Origin: a virus
Taxonomy: Duplodnaviria > Caudoviricetes
IMG/VR virus record: IMGVR_UViG_3300042139_000023
DNA: 64,000 nucleotides
Strand: one strand, 5' to 3'
Positions 25,393 to 34,858 of the stretch are shown in pieces. The position numbers and the translations under genes were made by a program. The notes under the pieces are model-generated. The model had not been told where the DNA came from, did not search any database, and worked only from the letters and a program-made list of their open reading frames with translations. Position 1 is the stretch's first letter. Each line of letters starts with the position of its first letter.

Positions 25393-26235
25393 ATGACAGC
25401 AGAAGATCAGGAAAATATTCGCACTTTCGTCGAGGGAATCGCGGTGGCCACCATCACCCGGCCGTCGACCCGCGACAAGCAGAAGGCCCCCGGCCCGAGC
25501 GACCTTGCCGACAAGTGCGACCTCTGCGTGGCACGGAAGATCGCCGCATCACTGGGCATGGGCTCCCACACCGAGCGAGGGTTCAGCCTGAAGGCGTGGC
25601 TCGGCACGGCTGTGCACGAGAAGCTGGAGCGCGACCTGCCTGCGGTGTACGCCCACGCCGAGCAGGAGATCACCGTGGACGTGGCACAGGTCCCGGGCAT
25701 CGGCCTGGTGCAGGGGCATGTGGATGTCTTCCTCCCCCGGAAGAAGACCCTGGTCGACTGGAAGACGACCGACCTGAAGAAGCTGAAGAAGTACCAGACC
25801 CAGGCGGGTCCCGGCGCCTACGTCCACGGGCTGACGGCTCCGGAGCGCGAGGATCTGACCAAGCTCAAGGCGATGGACCGGGCGGGCCTGCTGACCGAGG
25901 CCGACCTGGGCCGGATGGTCATGCTGATGTCGCGGTCCGAAGAGCACTCGGGCGGCGTGCCGTCGGAGTACATGGGCCAGACGATGCTGTACCTGTACGG
26001 ACTGCGGGCGATGGGGCGTGAAGCGGACTACGCTGTCCTCGCGTTCATCCCCCGGGACTCGAACAACGTGAGCGACATCTGGGTGGCCTCCTGTGCCTAC
26101 CGGCCCGACGTGGCCCAAGGCGTCATCAACAGGGCCGCTCACCTGGCCTCTCTCGTGCGCACCGGCAAGATCGGTGAGCTTTCGGCCCACCCCGAGTGCT
26201 TCCCGTGCTCGATTCGGCCTAGGCTGCGCGGCTAA
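25393..26235 (+). CDS. Cas4-like PD-(D/E)XK exonuclease
   Basis: GPSDL..C..C, GTAVHE, GHVD, VDWKT, Q..LY and C-terminal C..C. Confidence 0.85.
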   Translation: MTAEDQENIRTFVEGIAVATITRPSTRDKQKAPGPSDLADKCDLCVARKIAASLGMGSHTERGFSLKAWLGTAVHEKLERDLPAVYAHAEQEITVDVAQVPGIGLVQGHVDVFLPRKKTLVDWKTTDLKKLKKYQTQAGPGAYVHGLTAPEREDLTKLKAMDRAGLLTEADLGRMVMLMSRSEEHSGGVPSEYMGQTMLYLYGLRAMGREADYAVLAFIPRDSNNVSDIWVASCAYRPDVAQGVINRAAHLASLVRTGKIGELSAHPECFPCSIRPRLRG

Positions 26236-26318
26236 ATAGTGGTAGAGTGGAGACACAAGAACACGACACCACGCGAACCAAAAACGACACAAGAACAAGC
26301 ACTGAAAACGAGGCACGC

Positions 26319-27476
26319 ATGACTGAGCTTGTCCGTCGTACGACCGGCGAGGTGGATCCCGCCGAAGCAGCGCGGCTGTCGAAGTCGAAGCTGATGCCGG
26401 AGCACATCGCAGGTGATGCAGCCTCCGCCGAGTACATGATGCGCTTCGGCGCCGCCCTGGGCATCGACCCGATGTCCTCCTTCCAGCACATCTTCGTCTT
26501 CCCCGACGGCAAGGGGCGCCTGAAGGCGGGCATGAGTGCTCACCTGATGCAGGCGCTCGCCGTTGCCGCCGGTCACACCGTGCACATCGAGGGCAATGCC
26601 GTGAAGGCGACCGCCGTCCTGGTGCGCAAGACGTCCGACGAAGACCTCCAGCGCTTCCAGCGGATGCGCGAGGAGGAGCGGCGCCAGAAGCTGGCCCGGC
26701 TGGAGGACATGGACCGGCTGTACAAGATGCAGCGCGGCCAGATCCTGGAGCGGATCGAAGACCTCCGAGCCCTTGCCGAGTTCGACGAGAAGGCGTCTCC
26801 CGAGGAGATCGCGGCCCTGCGCAAGCAGATCGCGGCCCTGCACGGGCAGTACAACTTCGACGAGCTGCGCGAATCCATCTCCACCACGAACTTCGACCTG
26901 TCCAAGCTGGTCCGGTTCGAGTCCGTGTGGTCGATGGCGCGAGCCAACCAGATCGGCCTCAACTCCAAGAGCACCTGGCAGAACTACGGTCCCGAGATGC
27001 TGAAGAGCCGGGCCAAGTCGGGTGTGGTGCGAGACGGCGCGATCGACGTCATCCTCGGCGTCAAGAACATCCTCGGCGAGATGGGCCTGTCCCTCTCCGA
27101 GGACGACCACGACCACCTGGCCATGGCCTCCGCCGCCTACACCCCCGAGGAACTGGGGGCCGAGGTGAACGAGGAAGGCGTGCCGATCCAGGGTGAGGTC
27201 ATCGACGTCACCAAGGGCGGCAGCAAGAAGCAGAAGGCCATGCTCGACGCAGCCCGCAAGGCCGTCGACAAGGGGACCCCGCAGCAGCTCGCCGACTGGG
27301 CCTCCCGCATGACCGGCGACGACAGCTCGTCTGTCGACGACAAGATCTCCCGCATCTACGCCATTCAGGAAGCGGCGCGAGAAGCGGGCAAGGGGGATCA
27401 GGCGGTGGGCCAGGGCGACGCCCAGGTTCCGCTGAGCCTCCACCTGGAATCCATCGTCAACTCCCTCCGCAACTGA
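26319..27476 (+). CDS. RecT-like single-strand annealing protein with coiled-coil insertion
   Basis: GAALGIDPMSSFQHIFV, MSAHLMQAL, WS.ARA..IGL..K.TWQNY..EML..RA pattern; follows the exonuclease. Confidence 0.7.
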   Translation: MTELVRRTTGEVDPAEAARLSKSKLMPEHIAGDAASAEYMMRFGAALGIDPMSSFQHIFVFPDGKGRLKAGMSAHLMQALAVAAGHTVHIEGNAVKATAVLVRKTSDEDLQRFQRMREEERRQKLARLEDMDRLYKMQRGQILERIEDLRALAEFDEKASPEEIAALRKQIAALHGQYNFDELRESISTTNFDLSKLVRFESVWSMARANQIGLNSKSTWQNYGPEMLKSRAKSGVVRDGAIDVILGVKNILGEMGLSLSEDDHDHLAMASAAYTPEELGAEVNEEGVPIQGEVIDVTKGGSKKQKAMLDAARKAVDKGTPQQLADWASRMTGDDSSSVDDKISRIYAIQEAAREAGKGDQAVGQGDAQVPLSLHLESIVNSLRN

Positions 27477-27507
27477 CGCGGACCACAAGGACAAGGACAA
27501 GAACACC

Positions 27508-28746
27508 ATGAGCGACAACACCGAGTTCGACCCGTTCAACCAGCCCGAGGGTGCCCAGGGCGCCGACGTGAACGACGCGGTCCCGGCGGGCGACGACGTC
27601 CTCGCGGGTGTCGACCTGGACGCCGAGCTGGACGACCTCTTCGCGGGCGCCGAGATGGAGCTGGAGGAGGAGGAGTCCGACGAGGAGGTGCGCGTCTACG
27701 AGGCGGGCAACACCTACGTCAACCCGCTCGACGTCGGCCTCAAGGACAAGATGTGGGTCCCGATCCGGATCTCCGTCGCCGAGTTCAAGGAGAAGCACAC
27801 CCCCCGCCTCTCCTCCAAGGTCTGCGTCGCGGTGAAGGTCGGCGAGGACGGCAAGAAGCGCGTCTACGTGCCGTTCGACCAGGTCGAGGCCGCGCTTCAG
27901 ACCGGCGCCACCGAGGTCGTCACCGAGATGGAGCTGCCCTACTTCATCTGCGAGGCCAACCACGTCGCCCCCGAGTTCGGCCAGCGCCGCTACCCGTACG
28001 AGATCGAGTCCCCGGCGCTCACCATCAAGACGGCCTTCTTCAAGGAGCAGCGCTCCGGCCGCAAGGGCTACAAGAACGAGGACGGCCGCACCCTGCGCGT
28101 CGCCGCCAGCGCCACGCAGCCCGGCGAGAAGGTCAGCCTGAAGACCATGCCGGATATCGCCAAGCGCATCGAGGGCAAGATCGTGATGGCGTGCATCTCG
28201 CTCTCCACGAAGACGAAGACCCGCCCGCGCCTCGACGGCAACAACCAGCCGATCAACGTGCTGGTCGACCCGGAGACCGGCGCCCCGGTCACCGTCTTCT
28301 CCCCGCAGGACGGCACCGGCTACATCCTCAACGACGGCTCCGGCCAGGTCTGGGAGGGCAACGAGAAGCTGCTGGTCAAGGTCGACGACCGGGTCTACGC
28401 CATCGCCGACCGGGGCGAGAACTCCGCGCCGCTCATGGAGGAGTACGCGCAGACCACCGACTACCTGAAGACCAAGTTCCTGCCGGTGCCGGAGCGCAAG
28501 GTCGAGGTCGAGCTGCGCAACGGCGAGACCGTCAAGGGCGAGATCACCTGGGGCACCGTCGGCGCCATCGCGCAGGACAAGACGCCCGGCGTGTTCGTGG
28601 ACGTCATGCTCGGTGCGGGCGCGGGCGACATGACCGGCAAGACGATCACCGCCGTCTGGCTGGGCACCCAGTGGACGGAGGTCGCCAAGGACGGCGAGGG
28701 TGAGGGCGGCGGGCTCGACGAGTTCGCGGGCGCCAAGAACCTCTGA
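27508..28746 (+). CDS. Acidic protein, possible ssDNA-binding/replication accessory protein
   Basis: Highly acidic N- and C-termini, beta-rich core, position between RecT-like and primase genes. Confidence 0.5.
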   Translation: MSDNTEFDPFNQPEGAQGADVNDAVPAGDDVLAGVDLDAELDDLFAGAEMELEEEESDEEVRVYEAGNTYVNPLDVGLKDKMWVPIRISVAEFKEKHTPRLSSKVCVAVKVGEDGKKRVYVPFDQVEAALQTGATEVVTEMELPYFICEANHVAPEFGQRRYPYEIESPALTIKTAFFKEQRSGRKGYKNEDGRTLRVAASATQPGEKVSLKTMPDIAKRIEGKIVMACISLSTKTKTRPRLDGNNQPINVLVDPETGAPVTVFSPQDGTGYILNDGSGQVWEGNEKLLVKVDDRVYAIADRGENSAPLMEEYAQTTDYLKTKFLPVPERKVEVELRNGETVKGEITWGTVGAIAQDKTPGVFVDVMLGAGAGDMTGKTITAVWLGTQWTEVAKDGEGEGGGLDEFAGAKNL

Positions 28747-28759
28747 TCGCAACAAGATG

Positions 28760-28830
28760 AGCTGGGCGGATACGATCGGTTATCCGCCCGGTTCATGACG
28801 GGCGGGGCCTTCCGGGGTCCCGCCCGTTCT
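28760..28830. terminator. Two tandem hairpins after the acidic protein gene
   Basis: GGGCGGATA / TATCCGCCC and GGGCGGGGCC / GGTCCCGCCC stems. Confidence 0.5.
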
Positions 28831-28867
28831 GCGTCCGGAAAGTCGCACAAGAAAAGGAGGGACGCAG

Positions 28868-31153
28868 GTGAGCTTCGTCTTCTTCGACACCCTCTTTCCG
28901 AAGATCAATGACGACGGAAAGGATCTGGGGTTCGTCGCGATCTCGTTGTTCCCGGGCGGCACGTACGACCCGGATGAAAAGACGGGGCCGACGCAGACCA
29001 CCTTCTTCGCGTGGCCGTCGCAGCGCGACGACCTCGTTGCCTTCTGCCTGGGGAGCAGCGACAAGGACGTCTACACCGTCCCCGCGCTGTTCCGCACCCG
29101 GAGCAGTCGCAAGGGCAGCAACATCGCCCACCAGTGGGCCGCGTACGCCGACGCCGACACGCTCCCCCTGGACCGGCTCAAGGTCGAGCCGACGATGATC
29201 GTCGAGACGTCCGAGGGGCGCCACCACCTGTACTGGGTGACCGAGACCGACGACCCCCAGCAGCTCATCGACATCTCCCGGGCCATCGCCTCCGAGCACA
29301 CCCGCGACGGCTGCGACCCCAGCGGATGGGACGCGGGCCAGCTCCTGCGCGTGCCTGGCACGGCGAACAACAAGTACTCCCGGCACGGCCGCCCGCGCTG
29401 GCAGGTTCCGCAGCCGAAGATGGGCGCCACGTACACGATGAAGGCGCTGGCCAGCGCCTATCCGCCCTACAGCACGCAGGACCGGCCGAGCGTCGCCAGC
29501 GACATGCCGCCGAAGAGCGACTGGTACTTCTCGCAGCAGTCCATCCGCGAGTCTGCCGAGGTCTTCCGTTCCAGTCCCGAGGTGCACGACCTGTACGCGG
29601 CCGACCTGAAGCCGGACCAGGACCGCTCGAAGACCCTGTGGAAGCTGCTCAGTCTGCTCTCCCGGCTGAACGTCTCCCGCATCACAGCCATGCACATCGC
29701 GTGGTCGGCGAAGTGCAACAAGTACAAGATCGATGGACGTCCCGAGGAAGAGCTGTGGCAGCAGCTCTGCAAGGCGTACGACCACCCCGACAACCAGCCC
29801 AAGCGCAACAGCTTCTCCGACCTCGGGTTCCGCAAGGAGGCCGACGAAAGTGAGGAGAACCCGGAGAAGAAGCTCGCCGACTTCGCCGAGGCCGTCTCGA
29901 TCCTCCTGCCGGAGGAGCGTGACCGGGTCCCGATGGACACCTTCATCGACCGGTACCAGCAGTGGGCCGAGACGCGCACCGACGCCCCGTCCTGCTACCA
30001 CCGGGCGGGCGCCGCGACGGTCCTGTCCACCGTGCTGGGCGAGTTCGGCAAGTGCCCGACGAAGTTCGACACGAACCTGACCCTGTGGTTCTTCATCCTC
30101 GGCCCGACCACTCGGGCCAGGAAGACGACCGCGATGATGATGTGGGTCGACTTCCTGGACGAGCTGTCCAACGACACCTTCCCGTACCTGCTCGGCTCCG
30201 ATGTCACGTCGGAGGCCCTGAGCGTCATCCTCCCCGACCGCAACGGCCGCTCCTCGGTGTTCTACCGGGACGAGGCTCACGGTCTGCTGTACGAGCAGGC
30301 CGCGAAGCGATACCTGGCGGGCGTGCGCGAGCACATGACGGAGCTGTTCACCGGCCGCGTCCGTATCGCTCTGCGTGTCGGCAACCTGAAGGAGCACGAG
30401 GACCGCGACCTGTCGGTCATCCGCACGAACTTCCTGATGTTCCTGTGCGGCACGCTCCAGCAGGTCACCGAGCACCTGACGATCGGCGACTACCAGTCCG
30501 GCCACCTGGCCCGCTTCCTCATCGCGGAGGCCGACCCGCCGCCGATGACCGAAGAGGGCATGTTCACCGAACAGTTCGACGGCCAGACCCCGGCCGACGA
30601 CGTGATGCGCCAGGGGCTGCTCAACGACATGTTCGCGGCGCGGGCCTTCTGGATGGAGGAGACCAAGCCGGGCGACACGGTGATGATCCCCTTCGACGAC
30701 CCGACCTGGCGCCGCCTCCAGAAGGCCAAGTGGGAGCTGTACGCGGCGGCCGACAAGCACGAGCTGGCCGAGGTGCTGCTGCCCACAACTTCCCGCATGG
30801 GCGACTCGATGATGAAGATGGCCGTCCTCATCGCGATGTCCGAACGGGAGAAGATCGTGCGGATGCCGCACCTCCTGAAGGCGATGCACCTGACCGAGGA
30901 GTGGTACCGGTCTACGGCGCGCGTCGCGGGCAAGATTCTCCACTCGGAATGGGCTGCCCGGCAGAACGAAATCCTCACTGCGATCCAGGCACGGAAGGAG
31001 GGCGTCACGGAGCAGGACATCTACTCGCGGTTCCGCTCTAAGATCCAGGAGAGGGACATCGAGTCGGACCTGCACGTGCTCGCCAAGGCGGGCCTGATTC
31101 ACAAGACGATGGAACGCGGAAGGGTTCGTTACGTACCGATCGCGCGGAGCTGA
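28868..31153 (+). CDS. DNA primase (RepB-like) fused to a DUF3987/helicase-like domain
   Basis: YADAD, IVETSEGRHHLYW, LLRVPGT.N.K primase motifs; C-terminal degenerate P-loop GPTTRARKTT and FYRDE. Confidence 0.85.
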   Translation: MSFVFFDTLFPKINDDGKDLGFVAISLFPGGTYDPDEKTGPTQTTFFAWPSQRDDLVAFCLGSSDKDVYTVPALFRTRSSRKGSNIAHQWAAYADADTLPLDRLKVEPTMIVETSEGRHHLYWVTETDDPQQLIDISRAIASEHTRDGCDPSGWDAGQLLRVPGTANNKYSRHGRPRWQVPQPKMGATYTMKALASAYPPYSTQDRPSVASDMPPKSDWYFSQQSIRESAEVFRSSPEVHDLYAADLKPDQDRSKTLWKLLSLLSRLNVSRITAMHIAWSAKCNKYKIDGRPEEELWQQLCKAYDHPDNQPKRNSFSDLGFRKEADESEENPEKKLADFAEAVSILLPEERDRVPMDTFIDRYQQWAETRTDAPSCYHRAGAATVLSTVLGEFGKCPTKFDTNLTLWFFILGPTTRARKTTAMMMWVDFLDELSNDTFPYLLGSDVTSEALSVILPDRNGRSSVFYRDEAHGLLYEQAAKRYLAGVREHMTELFTGRVRIALRVGNLKEHEDRDLSVIRTNFLMFLCGTLQQVTEHLTIGDYQSGHLARFLIAEADPPPMTEEGMFTEQFDGQTPADDVMRQGLLNDMFAARAFWMEETKPGDTVMIPFDDPTWRRLQKAKWELYAAADKHELAEVLLPTTSRMGDSMMKMAVLIAMSEREKIVRMPHLLKAMHLTEEWYRSTARVAGKILHSEWAARQNEILTAIQARKEGVTEQDIYSRFRSKIQERDIESDLHVLAKAGLIHKTMERGRVRYVPIARS

Positions 31154-31165
31154 CCCGGAGGAAGC

Positions 31166-32113
31166 GTGGCCCGAAAGCCGACCGGGCGACCACCGGGAAG
31201 GCCGCCTGGGGACCGCTACGGAACGCCCCAGGAGCGCGTCTCCCGGGCCAGGACGCTCGTTCCCTCACTGCACCGCTTCCCGCACCTCGTGAGGGCCGTG
31301 GAGCGCGTCATGGAGGCTCCCAACCGGACCGTCTTCCGCAGCCCGTACAACACCAATCCAGCCGACGTCGACCTGCTCCACGTGTACAGCCCGGCGGAGA
31401 GGGGGCAGATCCTCTCCTTCACCTGGTGGGCCCACGTGAACCGCCGCAGGTGGAGCAGGCGGCGTCGGCTGGCTGCGGTGACCCTGCTCAGCCCGTTGCT
31501 GCTCTTCAGCTCCTCCTTCTTCGAGGAGATGACCGAGCTGCCCTCGGCGACCTGCCAGAAGTGGATGGTCCGGCCCGAGGGGATGCAGGCCACGCGGGTG
31601 CTCGGTTCGTGCGACATGCGGGTGATCCACCTGGCCCTGGAAGCGGCGACGCGCGGCGACACGGCCTTCCGGCTGTTCGCTGCCGACATCGTCCGCGACA
31701 AGGGCGTTCCCGAGGCCATGGCCTCCCGGCTCACGGGCGTCCCCAAGGTCGTCCTGCTGGAGCCGTCCCGTGGTGTTCAGTTCACGCCGGTCGGTCCGGA
31801 CCTGGACACCCTGTCGGTGCGTTCGCGTGAAGACCAGATGTTCTGGCAGGGCATGGCGAGCGAGCGCGAGGTGGAGCTGGCGCCGTACGTCTACGGCCAG
31901 GAGTGGGTGCGCGACCTGTTCCCGGAAATGCTCCTGAAGGAGAACATCTTCACTGCGACGCCCGTCCCCAGAAACGGTGAGGACTGCTACCATTTGTGCA
32001 TCCCCGAGCTGCCTAGGCCACATCGCGCCCGGCACCTCGGCAGCAGGTACTACGACCTGCTCTACTCGTGGGAGGAGAAGTACCTCCTGCCCGCGACCAC
32101 GGGAATCGCGTGA
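31166..32113 (+). CDS. Hypothetical protein with AT-hook-like N-terminus
   Basis: MARKPTGRPPGRPP; 315 aa between primase and polymerase. Confidence 0.65.
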   Translation: MARKPTGRPPGRPPGDRYGTPQERVSRARTLVPSLHRFPHLVRAVERVMEAPNRTVFRSPYNTNPADVDLLHVYSPAERGQILSFTWWAHVNRRRWSRRRRLAAVTLLSPLLLFSSSFFEEMTELPSATCQKWMVRPEGMQATRVLGSCDMRVIHLALEAATRGDTAFRLFAADIVRDKGVPEAMASRLTGVPKVVLLEPSRGVQFTPVGPDLDTLSVRSREDQMFWQGMASEREVELAPYVYGQEWVRDLFPEMLLKENIFTATPVPRNGEDCYHLCIPELPRPHRARHLGSRYYDLLYSWEEKYLLPATTGIA

Positions 32114-32127
32114 CGGAGGGGAAGAAG

Positions 32128-34095
32128 ATGGCCGGTGTAGTCGGCTTCGACATCGAGACCGCCAGCGCCGACCTGCTCTTCAAGGGGGGATACGAGGGTC
32201 CGTTCGTCCGGCTCGTCGGCTGGGTGGTCGACGACGGCGAGCCGCAGATCTCCACGGACCCGCAGGATCTGCTCGACGTCCTGCGCGACGCGAACGTGAT
32301 CTACGGCCACAACATCCTCGGATTCGACCTTGTCGCCCTGGCCGTGCATTGCGGCGCCAACTACCACGACCTGGCCGAGAAAGCGATCGACACCCTCGTG
32401 GGCGAGCGCACCATCAACCCGCCCTACCCGAAGCTGCGGCCCGGCGTGAAGGTCAACTTCAGGGCGCTCGCGCGGCGCGGTCTCACGCCGTCCGACCTGC
32501 GCATCAGCTACCGGCTCAACGACGTGGCCGAGCGCTACGGGTTCGAGGGGAAAACCGATCACCTGCCGCGCATGGCCGCGCAGTACGGCGGCTACGACAA
32601 AATCCCCCTCATGCTGGCGGAGTACTGGGACTACCTCCGTGGCGACCTGATCGCTTCTCGGGACGTCTACCGCGAGATGGGCCAGCGGGCCTACCGCAAG
32701 AACCTGATTCCCGTGGTCAAGCGCGAGATGCTGATCGCCGCCATCCAGAACGGCATGTACCTCAAAGGTCTCGGCGTCGACATGGACGAGATCCACCAGC
32801 AGATCAAGCTGGCCGAGCAGCAGCGCACCCAGGCGTACGAGCTGCTGCACGAGAAGGCCGGGGTGCCGTTGCCGAACTCCGAGGTCCGGTGGCAGGAACG
32901 CGTCGAGGTGCGCATCCCCCGCACGACCAGGCACGGCAAGCTGGTGCGCTCCCGGTACGAGTCGCTGTTCAACCGGCCGTGCCCCGATCTGCGCATGGGC
33001 TGGAAGTGGCGCAGCAAGACGATCGGCCCGTCCCCCCTCACGACGAACGAGGGGCGTGACGCGTTCGAGCGGGCGCTGCGCCGGGCCGGGGTGCGTGACG
33101 AGGATGTTCCGTACACGCCCAACGGCGGCAAGCTCGCACTGTCCAAGGACGCTCTCGGGAAGGATGCCTGGCTGCGCGGCAACGAGTCCGTCCCGGGCCT
33201 GAGCCGGAAGTACGCCGACAACCCCGATGTGCTGGAGCTGTGCGAGGCGGCCATCATGGTCGGATCTGCCAGCGCCAAGGCCGAAGAGGTGCTGGAGAAC
33301 GTCTGCCCCGACGGCCGGGTCCACCCGCAGATCGGCGACATTCAGGCATCCGGCCGCTGGGCCCACATCAAGCCGTCCGTGACGAACATCGGCAAGCGCG
33401 GCGCGGCGCTGCTCCAGCGCCGGATGTTCAAGGCGAAGCGGGGGCACGTCTTCATCGCCATCGACCTCGACCAGGTCGACGCCCGCGCCGTGGCCGGATG
33501 GTGCCAGGACCCCGAGTACATGAAGCTCGCCCGGCCGGGGATGGACATGCACCGCGAGGTCGCGTTCCGCGTCTTCGGCAGCCGCGACGACGATGCGCGC
33601 GGCCGGGCCAAGGCGATCACCCACGCCTGGAACTACGGCCAGGGCCCGAAGGGTGCCTCGGCCCACACCGAGCTGCCGCTGGAGGTCACCAGGAAGTTCG
33701 ACGACGGGATGAAGAGGGCGTTCCCGGTGCTGTGCCGCTGGCGCGACCGCATCCGGCGCCGAGCCGAGCAGACGGGCCTGGTGCCCAGCAAGTGGGGCCG
33801 GGTTCTGCGCGTCATCCCAGGTCAGGAGTACACGCAGGCGCCCGCCCAGGTCGGCCAGTCGACGACTCGCGATCTGCTCTGCGACGGCCTGCTGAGGATG
33901 GACCGCGAGGTGCTGGAGATGCTGGTCCTCGTGATCCACGACGAGATCGTGCTGGAGGTCCCCCAGGACCGGGTCGAGGAGATCTCGGCGAGGGCCATGA
34001 AGGCGCTGACGACCTTCTTCGAGACCGTCCCGATCACGTGCGGCGCGAGCCCGGCTTCACGGACGTGGATCGGCTGCTACGAGAAGGCGGCGTAG
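32128..34095 (+). CDS. polA: Family A DNA polymerase with 3'-5' exonuclease domain
   Basis: FDIET, GHNILGFDL exo motifs; motif A IDLDQVDAR, motif B RAKAITHAWNYG, motif C IHDEIV; ATG 32128 with RBS GGAGGGG. Confidence 0.95.
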   Translation: MAGVVGFDIETASADLLFKGGYEGPFVRLVGWVVDDGEPQISTDPQDLLDVLRDANVIYGHNILGFDLVALAVHCGANYHDLAEKAIDTLVGERTINPPYPKLRPGVKVNFRALARRGLTPSDLRISYRLNDVAERYGFEGKTDHLPRMAAQYGGYDKIPLMLAEYWDYLRGDLIASRDVYREMGQRAYRKNLIPVVKREMLIAAIQNGMYLKGLGVDMDEIHQQIKLAEQQRTQAYELLHEKAGVPLPNSEVRWQERVEVRIPRTTRHGKLVRSRYESLFNRPCPDLRMGWKWRSKTIGPSPLTTNEGRDAFERALRRAGVRDEDVPYTPNGGKLALSKDALGKDAWLRGNESVPGLSRKYADNPDVLELCEAAIMVGSASAKAEEVLENVCPDGRVHPQIGDIQASGRWAHIKPSVTNIGKRGAALLQRRMFKAKRGHVFIAIDLDQVDARAVAGWCQDPEYMKLARPGMDMHREVAFRVFGSRDDDARGRAKAITHAWNYGQGPKGASAHTELPLEVTRKFDDGMKRAFPVLCRWRDRIRRRAEQTGLVPSKWGRVLRVIPGQEYTQAPAQVGQSTTRDLLCDGLLRMDREVLEMLVLVIHDEIVLEVPQDRVEEISARAMKALTTFFETVPITCGASPASRTWIGCYEKAA

Positions 34096-34276
34096 TCCGG
34101 CACCAACAGGTCGGCAGGTGGACGTAGCGCACCCGCCTGGTCTCCGCGTTCTCCTGGTACTGCACCTGGTGCCGGTTCCCGGCCGTGTCGGTCATGGGTA
34201 CGGGCCACGCGTGTACGTACCGCCAGGACTTTTCGCTCATTAGGCACCAATTACCGGAAGGGAAAGGGATGTTGAG

Positions 34277-34858
34277 ATGGATTCCGAAACGGCTGCACAG
34301 GGGTACTTCATGGACTGCATGGACCCCGGCGGCGAAACGGGGATGAGCCTGCTGCACATCCGCCCGCGCGAGTTCGAGCTGATCGACTGGGCCACGGTCC
34401 CCTATGATCCTCGGCTGGGCAGCCTGGGCGCCATGCCGTCGATGAAGCTCATCGAGTGGAACGCGCAGTACCCCGGAAGGCACCATCTGCTCTACGAGAA
34501 CTTCCACCTGCGCAACAACGACGCCCAGAAGGACGTCACGGCCCTGCGGGTCATCGGATCCGTGGAACAGGTCATGTTCGAGCGGGACCTGTTCGAGGCC
34601 GTGCACCCCCAGGAGCCCGTCGAGGCCAAGCACATGGTCCCCGACGAGGTGCTGGAGGCGCTGGGCCTCCACATGGGCCACGAGCACGCCCAGCGCCACG
34701 TCAGGGACTCCCTGCGGCATGCCGTGGCCCACCTGACCCGCATGCGGTATCTGCCGGTGTGCCGGGTGGCCTATCCGAGGGGTGGCCGGACTACGACCCC
34801 TCCAGCCCCTCGTTCGCGCCGGTCAGGCGGTTCCACTCGGGCCACGTCAGCACCGTGA
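34277..34858 (+). CDS. RuvC-like Holliday junction resolvase
   Basis: MDPGGETG, YENF, H.RDSLRHA pattern of actinophage RuvC-like proteins. Confidence 0.7.
   Translation: MDSETAAQGYFMDCMDPGGETGMSLLHIRPREFELIDWATVPYDPRLGSLGAMPSMKLIEWNAQYPGRHHLLYENFHLRNNDAQKDVTALRVIGSVEQVMFERDLFEAVHPQEPVEAKHMVPDEVLEALGLHMGHEHAQRHVRDSLRHAVAHLTRMRYLPVCRVAYPRGGRTTTPPAPRSRRSGGSTRATSAP

Noticed and set aside
25393-26235. Cas4-like gene as part of a CRISPR-Cas system
   Set aside because: No other cas genes or array; pairing with a RecT-like gene indicates a phage recombination exonuclease
28868-31153. C-terminal P-loop-like domain as a TraB/FtsK translocase
   Set aside because: Fused to a primase, lacks TM segments and FtsK motifs; fits DUF3987-type primase-helicases
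34096-34240. Possible small leftward ORF (MSEKSWRYVHAWPVP...) between polymerase and resolvase
   Set aside because: Would run into the polymerase 3' end with no terminator or clear RBS; left uncalled
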